Shown here piece after piece: positions 10,815-19,620 of a stretch of DNA of 62,310 bases. How positions within the stretch are numbered: the stretch's first letter is position 1; every line of letters begins with the position of its first letter. The notes below the pieces were generated by a model. The model searched no databases. It saw nothing but the letters and a program-made list of their open reading frames with translations, and was not told where the DNA came from. The position numbers and the translations under genes were made by a program. This DNA comes from a virus (Duplodnaviria; Caudoviricetes), in the IMG/VR virus record IMGVR_UViG_3300006224_000011, positions 1-62,310 of that record. One strand, given 5' to 3'.

Positions 10815-11251
10815 TTTTCCTCACTTATATGATTTTTTAGTTTAGATATCTGTTCTTTTTTTAGATTATATTTGTTTGTTAGATAGTATATAAAACCTTC
10901 ATCAGTAAAAATTCCCCCAAGATGAAATGCTACTCTAGAACAAATATCCGCAAACTTTTTGTTTATAGTGGGTCTAGATATATCTTCGTCTCTTTCTATT
11001 TGTGAAACAGTTCTATTTGATAAGATATACTCCAATACTCTAAGTTCATCAGATGAGATCAACCCATTATCTATTAATTCCTTAAGTTTCTTTTCTACAG
11101 TCAGTAAGTCCATATAAACATCAGAATTGAAGTCATAAAACTCAAATTGATTCTCCTCTAAATCTAATGCAGAGCCATTTTCATAGGTATCCCTAATTAG
11201 ACTCTTTATACTGTCTCTTTCTAACAATAATTTCCTAACATACCACGACAT
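10811..11251 (-). CDS. Putative HTH DNA-binding protein (sigma region 4-like)
   Basis: SSDELRVLE...TVSQIERDEDISRPTINKK helix-turn-helix pattern. Confidence 0.45.
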   Translation of the reverse strand: MSWYVRKLLLERDSIKSLIRDTYENGSALDLEENQFEFYDFNSDVYMDLLTVEKKLKELIDNGLISSDELRVLEYILSNRTVSQIERDEDISRPTINKKFADICSRVAFHLGGIFTDEGFIYYLTNKYNLKKEQISKLKNHISEEK

Positions 11252-11253
11252 TT

Positions 11254-11613
11254 TTACACTATCTGACTTCTCTCATTAGCTGACTGTGTTCTATATAAAT
11301 CAATAATCTCTTTATATAGTTGGAACTTAAGTTTAGTTTCTTCCAATTTAGCTGAAATACCAGCTAGTCTTGCTCTTTTCTCTTTCAATTCCCCATTAAA
11401 ACCAGTCACTTTCCAGGTAGCGTCTATGTACGCCATTGATGGTGGTTTACCTCCCTGGAAGTAGTCTGGATTTGTTGTAGCTATTTTAGCAATCTCACTT
11501 TCCGAGAATTTAATATCTAAGTCTAACATTGATCGTTCATAAGTCAAGTCAGAAATAGTATCTACTAATTTAAACATCATCTCAATATCTGGTAACTCTA
11601 TTTTATACGACAT
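11254..11613 (-). CDS. UvsY-like recombination mediator (putative)
   Basis: Helical ~120 aa protein ending IDLYRTQSANER, in the same arm as RecA and SSB. Confidence 0.45.
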   Translation of the reverse strand: MSYKIELPDIEMMFKLVDTISDLTYERSMLDLDIKFSESEIAKIATTNPDYFQGGKPPSMAYIDATWKVTGFNGELKEKRARLAGISAKLEETKLKFQLYKEIIDLYRTQSANERSQIV

Positions 11614-11987
11614 ATTTATCTACTAACCTTTCTATATCTTTATATTTTTTGCACAATAAGAATGAAATCTCTATAACACAGTCTGGTGTCACATGACTTA
11701 TCATTAGGATATCTTGTCTATATCTCTCATAGTTATTGTTACACCTATTATACACCGCAATTGGAGAAAAGTCAAGGTCTTCTTCCCAACCCTCAAATCC
11801 TAAATTATCATACAGTACTTCTTTCACATACTTTACACTGCTCTTTAAACCAAATGAGATTCTTAGATTACTATATCCTGAGATACATTTCTTTATAACA
11901 TCTATAGCAGAATAGTACTCTAAAATATTTTCTGGTATAGAGTAGTTTAGTCTATAGTATTCTTTTATAGAATCCCACAAAGTTCTC

Positions 11988-12440
11988 TCAATCATCATTC
12001 TTTTCTATCTTATCATATAAAAGGTCTAATTCCCTTTTAAGTTGGTTTGTATAATTAATTATATCACAGAATGTATCAAAATCTAAAATTAAAAAATACT
12101 GTACCCCATCTGCTTTTCTAGCACCGGAAAATTTACACGCAACTAGAGGATACGAATAAGTTTCATCAGCTTCTTCTATGATTTTATTTATCCATTCTTT
12201 TTGTACGGTTAGCTGTTTTTCACCACCATAACCTACTTTAGTTTCTATTCTGAACTTTCTAGGGAAACCATAAAACTCAACTACAACATCCCCTTTAAGG
12301 AGAGGTTCGTTTAATGCAGTACCTATTGCACCTGAACCAGCGATTCTTTTGGCTTTTAGTGTCATAGGGATTTTTTCTTGTATTAACTCAACAAAAAGAT
12401 TCTCCCATTGAGTCCCTTTGATCTTCTTTTTATTAACCAT
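11988..12440 (-). CDS. Hjc-type Holliday junction resolvase
   Basis: KGTQWE, KRIAGSGA, GDV and IETK. Confidence 0.75.
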   Translation of the reverse strand: MVNKKKIKGTQWENLFVELIQEKIPMTLKAKRIAGSGAIGTALNEPLLKGDVVVEFYGFPRKFRIETKVGYGGEKQLTVQKEWINKIIEEADETYSYPLVACKFSGARKADGVQYFLILDFDTFCDIINYTNQLKRELDLLYDKIEKNDD

Positions 12441-12703
12441 TAGCTTCTATCCATGTAAAAAGTATACCTATAAAATATATGAATAACAAAAATCCTGGAA
12501 GGTAAATCAATAATTCTTTACCATCATATACAATAATATCTTTCCATGACCAATGAGCTACCCATCCTTCTTTTTTAATTTTGCCTTTTGTTTTATCTAG
12601 AACATGAAAAATTTCTGTTACAAATAACATAAAAGACACGGTACTAAATAAAAATAAAGCACCCATCAAAATATAATAACCGCCAGTTAAAAATGTTTCC
12701 ATT

Positions 12704-14002
12704 TCAACCCTCTGTAATCCTATTAGTTTCTTTATCAAATTTAGAGAACACCGTTCCTATTGGGCCGTTTCTCTGCTTAGCTATAATATGTTCCATCTCA
12801 CCTTTATGTTTAGATTCTCTGTTATAAAGTTCATCTCTATATAAAAACATAACCACATCTGCATCATCTTCTAAAGTACCAGATTCTTTTAGATCAGATA
12901 GAATTGGTCTCTTATCAGGTCTGCGCTCTAATTCCCTGTTAAGTTGAGAATACGCTACAGAACAAACTTCTATCTCTTCTGCTAATAGCTTTAAACCTCT
13001 AGTTGCTTGTCCGAGATCGTGCCGCATCTCTGTTGATCTTTCTACTAAAATTTGTAGATAATCTACGTGTACTACTTGAATATCATAAATCTTTTTGTAT
13101 CTGCGTATAGTGGAAAATACGTAGTTTAGATTTCCAGAGAAGTTGGTATCAATATGGATGGGATAGTCTTTTATTTCCTTTATTTTCTCAGCTATTAAAT
13201 CTAGTTGTTTTTGGTTCAGCATCCCCAAATGGATGTTATAAATTGGGATACCAGTTTCTATAGCTAAAATTCTATGGACTAGAGATTTTCTTCTCATTTC
13301 CCTAGAAATTAATAGACTGGGAATTCCCACCTTAGCACAGCGTATAATAGAATTAACTGCCATAGCTGATTTCCCCATCCCGGGACGACCAGCGACCACC
13401 CACAAATCCCCAGGTTCGTAACCATACGTTATAGCATCTATATGCTTAAACCCAGATGTGGTTTCTATTTTAGCACCGGAATTAACCCTCTCAACTAAAT
13501 CTGTCCAGGTTTCTCTTGATGCTTGCTTTAGATCAACTGTTTTACCACCACCTTCTAGACTGGATAAACTATCTAGGTTGTCTCTTACATAGTTTATAGC
13601 ACTATCTACATCGTTTTGATTTTTAACAATGGTAGGTATTTGATTTGATATGGATATTAAAGTTCTAGCTTTGAAAGAATTTACTACTAATCTTTCAAAG
13701 TCTTTCAAATAATCTTTATTATAATCTTGATTATAAAGATAACTTATATAACTTTCACCACCACACTCATTTAATTTAGAAGATGATTTTAGATAATATA
13801 AAAATAAGTTATAATCTGGTGTAACTCCTGTAGACAATAATGTTACTAAAGTATCCAATAAATTTTTATTAATTTCAGATGATAACATGAAAGACTTAAC
13901 ATCTGTTATGTCATAGACAGCAGATGGGTCTTTTAGAATAATGGATAGTAATGCTACCTCTGCATCGTTATTAAATAAATCATTCATTGGGTTCATCCTC
14001 AA
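12704..14002 (-). CDS. dnaB: Replicative DNA helicase DnaB
   Basis: AGRPGMGKS, SREM, VDYLQ, SQLNR, RPILSDLKESGTLEDDAD and IAKQRNGP. Confidence 0.95.
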   Translation of the reverse strand: MRMNPMNDLFNNDAEVALLSIILKDPSAVYDITDVKSFMLSSEINKNLLDTLVTLLSTGVTPDYNLFLYYLKSSSKLNECGGESYISYLYNQDYNKDYLKDFERLVVNSFKARTLISISNQIPTIVKNQNDVDSAINYVRDNLDSLSSLEGGGKTVDLKQASRETWTDLVERVNSGAKIETTSGFKHIDAITYGYEPGDLWVVAGRPGMGKSAMAVNSIIRCAKVGIPSLLISREMRRKSLVHRILAIETGIPIYNIHLGMLNQKQLDLIAEKIKEIKDYPIHIDTNFSGNLNYVFSTIRRYKKIYDIQVVHVDYLQILVERSTEMRHDLGQATRGLKLLAEEIEVCSVAYSQLNRELERRPDKRPILSDLKESGTLEDDADVVMFLYRDELYNRESKHKGEMEHIIAKQRNGPIGTVFSKFDKETNRITEG

Positions 14003-14378
14003 ATGGGTTCAAATTTATTTTAACCTTTCTGACCTTTTCTGTATTTTTCTCAAACTGCTTTACCAAAAATGTAAGGTCTACTGGTAAATTAAAATTAGTA
14101 GAGTCTCCCAATCTCTTTTTAGCAAAATAAGATATAAGGCGAGCTATACTAGAATCAAAATTAATATTCTCCATATCAGCACAGTCTAATAACGCAAAGT
14201 AAATTAACTCCTTCCCATAAATCTTATATAGTCTAGCAAACATTTTATACGTAGACTCGTCTGCTTTATCTACATCAAATAAAGACCTATAGAAAGCTAC
14301 TAAAGTACCTACTGGATTAGTAGTCTCTCTTAGTTGGTTATAATAAAACTCAGCCAGCGGTTCTTCTACATTACTCAT
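13980..14378 (-). CDS. Hypothetical protein overlapping the dnaB start (possible loader)
   Basis: ORF with AAGGAG Shine-Dalgarno; function suggested by position only. Confidence 0.4.
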   Translation of the reverse strand: MSNVEEPLAEFYYNQLRETTNPVGTLVAFYRSLFDVDKADESTYKMFARLYKIYGKELIYFALLDCADMENINFDSSIARLISYFAKKRLGDSTNFNLPVDLTFLVKQFEKNTEKVRKVKINLNPFEDEPNE

Positions 14379-14392
14379 AATTTCTCCTTAAA

Positions 14393-14463
14393 TAGCGGGA
14401 GGAAGATTCGAACTTCCCTGTCGAGTTTATGAGACTCGTAAGTATCCTCTACTTTATCCCGCT
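14393..14463 (-). tRNA. tRNA-Met(CAU)-like
   Basis: Acceptor AGCGGGA/TCCCGCT, D-stem AAGT/ACTT, anticodon arm CGAGT-CTCATAA-ACTCG, T-arm GGAAG-TTCGAAT-CTTCC. Confidence 0.85.
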
Positions 14464-14467
14464 GTAA

Positions 14468-14519
14468 CAGACTCCATTTTTCCAATTTCGAGTTGGGGTA
14501 TTTTTTGCTGTATGGAGTC
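14468..14519 (-). ncRNA. CAGCAA/anticodon-hairpin element, copy 4 (Ser-CGA loop)
   Basis: GACUCCAU-ACAGCAA-AAAAUACC-CCAA[CUCGAAA]UUGG-AAAA-AUGGAGUC-UG, lying between tRNA-Asn and tRNA-Met. Confidence 0.75.
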
Positions 14520-14523
14520 GTAA

Positions 14524-14596
14524 CTGCTACGTCTGGAGTCGAACCAGAACCTACACGATTAACAGTCGTATGCTCTGCCAATTAAGCTACATAGCA
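14524..14596 (-). tRNA. tRNA-Asn(GUU)
   Basis: Acceptor TGCTATG/CGTAGCA, discriminator G, anticodon arm TACGA-CTGTTAA-TCGTG, T-arm TCTGG-TTCGACT-CCAGA. Confidence 0.92.
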
Positions 14597-14600
14597 ATAC

Positions 14601-14654
14601 CAGATTCCTTTTTTCCAATTAAAGGTTGGGTTTTTTGTTTGCTGTAAGGAATCT
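14601..14654 (-). ncRNA. CAGCAA/anticodon-hairpin element, copy 3 (Lys-UUU-like loop)
   Basis: AGAUUCCUU-ACAGCAA-ACAAAAAAC-CCAA[CCUUUAA]UUGG-AAAA-AAGGAAUCU-G, ending 4 nt before tRNA-Asn. Confidence 0.75.
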
Positions 14655-14666
14655 TCTATTCAGTTT

Positions 14667-15455
14667 TTAGTAAAGTGCATCAATTTTCTTTTTAATATCT
14701 TCGCTAGTAACTATAACTTTCTCTTCTAAAGCGGAGTCCATTTTTCTACCGCCTCTAGCTAAGAAGATATCTCTTAAAGAAACTCCCTGCAATAAGCTAA
14801 CAATCTCATTAGCAGTTAGAGTAAGTACTGCTCTACTTAAGTCATGTAGAAACTCATCTGGTAGGTCAACCTTATCGTTTCTATCTGCCATAAGCATTGG
14901 GGTAATATTTTTCTTACTGCCTACTTTATTCACCATGAATAAAATATCGTAGTTATTCATACCAATAACATTACCCTCATTATCCAGTAAACCTCTTTCC
15001 TGAGCATTAATTTGTACAGCACAGGTTTCACTGACACTAGCTACTTTTACCTTATCAGAGATGGTTGGCTCTACCTCTAAAATAAGATGGCTATTGGGAC
15101 ACACTGGCGGGTACTTACCAACTAAATCTTTCTTAACTTCTTCACCGCACTCTTTACAGACTTTAACTTCTGTTCTGTCTAAACAATTAAAGTAGTGTCT
15201 CACACTTCTAAAGATATATCCCGGAACATCTCTATAGTTATCTGGATGCTCTGCCATAATTTTCTTGTTATTTAGACAAATTGGGCATTCATCCTCTAAA
15301 CATTTAACAACCAGTTTAAACTGTGCTAAATAATGAGTAAAAACTTTAACTGGTTCATCTAAAATTCTAACCGTGTGATTCCCAAAATCGAAAGTTAAAA
15401 ATGGGATTTTTTCAAAAGTTTTCTTTTCTGAATCTGAAAATGTATCGAATGACAT
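14667..15455 (-). CDS. Single-stranded DNA-binding protein (gp32-like, Zn-binding)
   Basis: HTVRIL...THY...KC...CPIC...RHYFN...YDI layout, downstream of recA. Confidence 0.6.
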   Translation of the reverse strand: MSFDTFSDSEKKTFEKIPFLTFDFGNHTVRILDEPVKVFTHYLAQFKLVVKCLEDECPICLNNKKIMAEHPDNYRDVPGYIFRSVRHYFNCLDRTEVKVCKECGEEVKKDLVGKYPPVCPNSHLILEVEPTISDKVKVASVSETCAVQINAQERGLLDNEGNVIGMNNYDILFMVNKVGSKKNITPMLMADRNDKVDLPDEFLHDLSRAVLTLTANEIVSLLQGVSLRDIFLARGGRKMDSALEEKVIVTSEDIKKKIDALY

Positions 15456-16044
15456 TTTATTAATCTCCTTTTTCTAATGTTATTTTTTCTGGATTATATT
15501 TAATTTTTATATTTAAGTATTCTAAAATCATATATAAAAGTTTTTTAATTTCTATTATTTTAATTTGATGGGATGTCGGATATGCATATGGATACCCACT
15601 CATAGTAACTGTAGGCTCGGCATTACCTTCATAATAAAAAATAATCGAGTCCCTTACTTCAGTTCTTAAAGCTTTTACTTGGTTTTCTAATATATCTATT
15701 CGACGTTCCAACTTATTAATTTTACTAGAACTAAACATATTTTACTCAGCTTTCGTAAATAACTCTTTTATCAAATCTAATGTATTAACTTTAACTTCTT
15801 CTAAATAACCGATAGCCTCTTCAACATTATATGGGTGTACTTTTTCAATTAGTTGTAAATATTTTCTATAGTCAATCTCCAATTGTATAAGTTGTAAATA
15901 TCTAACCTCACTAATCAACTCTCTATCAAACACTACATCTTCTGGTAAACCTCCTATGCTGTCAAATAATTTAATATTCTGATACTGACCTAGACTGTAA
16001 GTTCTCTCAACCGATAATGCTCTGTTTATATTCTGTTCGTCCAT

Positions 16045-17058
16045 TTAATCATCTCCTTCTTCTATTCTATTTTTAGTATTGACTGTAGTATAGCATGCTT
16101 TTGTAATCTTGTCAAGGGTTTCTGGATGTTCACTTAGATATTCAATTGTTCTGTCTACCCCACTGGCTAACGTCTCACCTTCAAACTTATAATACGGCCC
16201 TCCTTTCTCCATAATACCTAACATAGTAGAAAACTCAATAACATCTCTAATCCTGTCTACTCCTACCCCAAAGATGATAGGTATTGTAAACGATCTACTT
16301 GGGGATGCCAGCTTGTTCTTCTTTACTACAAATTTAGTCAGTATCCCTATTTTACTGCCAGCCTGCTCAATGTCGGTACTTCTACTCAACTGTATTCTCA
16401 GACTAGCAATATGTTTCCAGGCGTGCCCACCAGGGGTTTCAAATGTAGATATGTACGCACCGATTTTATCCCTTACTTGATTAATACCTAGAAATGCTAC
16501 ATTATTTCTTCTAACATTATAAGCGTTTCTTTGTAAAAACGTAGTAAAAAATCTGGACAAAAGTGCTACATTAACATCAGTGATATCATCTTCTTTTACC
16601 TTCTTAGGTGCTAACGAACCAATAGAATCTAGTATTATTAGATTGAAATCCCCATCATTGATAGCTAATTCTGCAATCCTCATACTCTGTTCCATAGTCT
16701 CTGGTTGTACTAGAACAAATGTTTCGTCATTCATATTATCTATAATTTCATTAGCATAAGCGATATCTAAAGTATTCTCTGCATCTATATACAAAACCCT
16801 GTGGTTCATAAGAATTGCATTATAAGCTATTTCCAATGCCAGGGTTGTCTTACCGGAAGAATCCGGCCCATATAGTTCAGTAAACCTTCCTAAAGGTATT
16901 CCACCAATACCAGTAGAAATATCCAAACTTAGTGAACCAGTAGAAATAGCTTTTATAGGTTCTCCAGAATTCACGTCAATTTTTACAGGTAGAATATTAC
17001 TAAACTCTTCTTCCAATATACTCGTAAAATCTCTTGCTTTATTTAATTTTTTTGGCAT
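16045..17058 (-). CDS. recA: RecA recombinase
   Basis: ISTGSLSLD..GIGGIP.GR..E.YGPDSSGKTT, YIDAE, LDSIGSL, INQVR, TPGG.A.KH and VKKNK. Confidence 0.96.
   Translation of the reverse strand: MPKKLNKARDFTSILEEEFSNILPVKIDVNSGEPIKAISTGSLSLDISTGIGGIPLGRFTELYGPDSSGKTTLALEIAYNAILMNHRVLYIDAENTLDIAYANEIIDNMNDETFVLVQPETMEQSMRIAELAINDGDFNLIILDSIGSLAPKKVKEDDITDVNVALLSRFFTTFLQRNAYNVRRNNVAFLGINQVRDKIGAYISTFETPGGHAWKHIASLRIQLSRSTDIEQAGSKIGILTKFVVKKNKLASPSRSFTIPIIFGVGVDRIRDVIEFSTMLGIMEKGGPYYKFEGETLASGVDRTIEYLSEHPETLDKITKACYTTVNTKNRIEEGDD
16087..16115 (-). promoter_or_regulatory. Sigma70-type promoter inside the recA 3' end, upstream of ssb and the second tRNA cluster
   Basis: TTGACA-17 nt-TATACT with TG extension, same style as the 8122-8150 promoter. 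Confidence 0.65.
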
Positions 17059-17258
17059 AATAAATTTCCCTTGTAATATAAATTAAAAATAAAGTTATCA
17101 GTGTAGTAAAAAATATAGGCCATAATAGAGTAACTATAATCATAAAAATAAACCATATTAAAAGTGATTCTTTAGCTAAATCAAAAAATATTAAATCATT
17201 TAGAAATATAGAAAAAACTGCCCCAAAAAGAATATAAGCTAGAACATATGTATCCATA

Positions 17259-19118
17259 TTATTTACTCCAGTAGGGTAAGACTTTATACTCGACAGCGGC
17301 TGGAATCTCCCCTAACTGAGGTTGCTCAGCTTTTAGCATGCACTCTTCCGTAAATACAGCAATATCTTTCGATACACTAGTAATTACTTCTAAGTCAATC
17401 TCATCGTGCGCTTGATTATAAAACCTAATACCATCTCCAAATGTATTCTCATAAAAAATATTGTTCATTGATATTTTAGTAATATCAGCACCCCAACCCT
17501 GAATCATATGGTTCCAACCTTCTTTTGTAACTTTTCTTTTATATCTATCTCTCTCAATTACATCATTAAATACTTCTATGTTTTCAAAATATCTTTTTCT
17601 ACCTAGAGGGGTAGTAGCACATTTTCTTTCCCAGATTATCTGTTTAGCATTCTCTCTATATTCAATAAATGTTGGATAACTTTCCGCCAATAATTTCAAA
17701 AGTTCTTCTGCCTCGGTAATGGGTATATTCAAATTGAACGATAACCCCCAGGCAGATGAGTCATAAAGTAATGCAAAATTTACACTCTTAGCCTCCTGTC
17801 TCTGGTCTTTTGTAACTGCACTAATAGGTACTTTATACACCACACCTGCTGTAGCTGTGTGCATATCCTTACCCATTAAGTACGATTCTATAATTCTCCT
17901 ATCACCAGTCAATGCACCAGCCAATCTATATTCTTGCTGACTAAAATCTGCTGTCAATATGCTGTATTCATCTCTAGATATAAAGCATCGTCTTATATCT
18001 TTATCTCTAGGAATCTGTTGCATCCTGGATACAGAGAATCTACCCGTATAGGTACCTACTTGATTATACTCGAAATGATATCGTTTTGTCAAGGGGTGTT
18101 TATCTTGTAGAAAATTTTCTCCGTAGGTAGAGACTTTCTTTTCATACTCTCTATATAGGAGTAAAGAATCTACTACATCACTCTTTTTCTTGTAAACGTT
18201 TAACTCTTTTTCATTAGTTTTATTTACGGGTACTCCGCAGATTTGTAATGCTCGTAATACCTGTTGATTAGAATTTAGATTGAAATTTTCTTTAAACCAT
18301 GAGTCTAAATCTTCTGTAATTAACTGTGTACTGGCTATAGCTTTTTTAGTTTTTACAGGAATTTTAAATGCGTCTGCTACTTTATAAGCACTAGAAAATT
18401 TACTGAAATCTATTTTAGATGCTACCATATCCAGTAAAGTAATTTTCTGACTTTCTAAAAGTTCTTTATTAGATACGATTATTTTATTCCAGTATTCTTC
18501 ATCAATTTGTACACCATTTAATTCCATACTAGTAACTACAGGAATTAAATTACACTCTAACTCTAAAGTATAGCTTTGCTTTTGAGTAGCTAGAATATAA
18601 ACCTGTTCCTTTTTTATAGAACGTAAATATTCAACATCCATAGCAGAATAGTTTATCTGCTCGTTAGTTATCGTACCATCAAAATCTATAAATGTTTTTC
18701 TAATCTCTTTATTTAAAGAAACTCCGACATATTTTTCAACTAGTTCCTCATAAGAATAATACTGTTTTCCTACTCCCTGATTAATTAAAACTTCAGCAAT
18801 CATCGTGTCATAAACATTAGTAAACAGTTCCCCAGTATTGTTATAGATAATTTTAATATCATATTTAGCGTTATGCATTACAACACGTTTATTAGAATCT
18901 TTTATGAGGCTGATAATATATTTATAAACTTCATATTCCAAAGCTCTAATATTTAGAACATATATGTTACCATTAGCCTCTATCTGTAATAATAGCCAAT
19001 TTGCTGTAAACACGTCTAATGATGTAGTTTCGGTATCAATCGCTACTTCATCAACCTTTAGAATATCCGAAACTAATTTGTCTAGCTGTGTTTTATCTGT
19101 TATATATAGTATATTCAT
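17259..19118 (-). CDS. polA: Family A DNA polymerase (3'-5' exonuclease plus polymerase, no 5'-3' exonuclease)
   Basis: DTETT, HNAKYD, YSAMDV; TGRFS, motif A ADFSQQEYR, motif B RQEAKSVNF, motif C HDEI. Confidence 0.93.
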   Translation of the reverse strand: MNILYITDKTQLDKLVSDILKVDEVAIDTETTSLDVFTANWLLLQIEANGNIYVLNIRALEYEVYKYIISLIKDSNKRVVMHNAKYDIKIIYNNTGELFTNVYDTMIAEVLINQGVGKQYYSYEELVEKYVGVSLNKEIRKTFIDFDGTITNEQINYSAMDVEYLRSIKKEQVYILATQKQSYTLELECNLIPVVTSMELNGVQIDEEYWNKIIVSNKELLESQKITLLDMVASKIDFSKFSSAYKVADAFKIPVKTKKAIASTQLITEDLDSWFKENFNLNSNQQVLRALQICGVPVNKTNEKELNVYKKKSDVVDSLLLYREYEKKVSTYGENFLQDKHPLTKRYHFEYNQVGTYTGRFSVSRMQQIPRDKDIRRCFISRDEYSILTADFSQQEYRLAGALTGDRRIIESYLMGKDMHTATAGVVYKVPISAVTKDQRQEAKSVNFALLYDSSAWGLSFNLNIPITEAEELLKLLAESYPTFIEYRENAKQIIWERKCATTPLGRKRYFENIEVFNDVIERDRYKRKVTKEGWNHMIQGWGADITKISMNNIFYENTFGDGIRFYNQAHDEIDLEVITSVSKDIAVFTEECMLKAEQPQLGEIPAAVEYKVLPYWSK

Positions 19119-19136
19119 AAAATCCTTTCTATATAT

Positions 19137-19165
19137 ATTATACCAATTTACTTTAAATCTGTCAA
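19137..19165 (-). promoter_or_regulatory. Consensus sigma70 promoter for the replication arm
   Basis: TTGACA-17 nt-TATAAT, followed by the GAAAGGA Shine-Dalgarno of polA. Confidence 0.85.
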
Positions 19166-19184
19166 GCTGGATTCAGTAATATAT

Positions 19185-19440
19185 CCAGACGCAGTGATAC
19201 CCCTGATCAAGATATCACTGCGGTCTGGTTCCAGACTCACTCGTAATTACGGTAGAGTGATTACCAACATGATAAGCACCTATTTCTAGGACGGCCCAGG
19301 CCCGATTACCCTACTTATCAACCCGCTACGGAACTGTCGGAGACTCTTATTATAAAATAAGGTATCATACTCCACTCAGCCTAAAAAGACCTTCACCCAT
19401 TTCTGGGGAATCTGGGGTTTTTGGTGTCCCAACAAGACTA
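19185..19440 (-). ncRNA. Candidate structured noncoding RNA or leader
   Basis: GC-richer stretch with no long ORF and several inverted repeats, including a CCUA-GAAA-UAGG tetraloop hairpin on the minus strand. Confidence 0.45.
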
Positions 19441-19465
19441 TAGCTAATGCTAGATCAGACTAGTC

Positions 19466-19495
19466 TTGACAAATATTAGGGGACTATGTTATAAT
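19466..19495 (+). promoter_or_regulatory. Sigma70 promoter (rightward)
   Basis: TTGACA-18 nt-TATAAT with TG extension. Confidence 0.75.
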
Positions 19496-19546
19496 AAGGA
19501 GGTCTATATCATATCGCCACGCCTCACCTTTAGCGGAAATTAGTAC

Positions 19547-19601
19547 TTGACAAACTACTAATTTCATGATATAGTATATCATAACTTTGAATTCTTGTCA
19601 A
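19547..19601. promoter_or_regulatory. Palindromic bidirectional sigma70 promoter pair
   Basis: Plus strand TTGACA(19547)-17-TATAGT; minus strand TTGACA(19601)-17-TATACT; the two -10 boxes overlap. Confidence 0.75.
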
Positions 19602-19620
19602 GTCTTTTTAGGAGGAACTT

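Noticed and set aside
14393-14463. Archaeal virus, suggested by the A1-U72 Met tRNA and Hjc-type resolvase
   Set aside because: Sigma70 promoters, RecA, DnaB, PolA and a GH25 peptidoglycan hydrolase all indicate a bacterial host.
14375-14581. 68-aa ORF in the ORF track
   Set aside because: It lies over tRNA-Asn, a CAGCAA element and tRNA-Met, and has a non-ATG start inside a tRNA; spurious.
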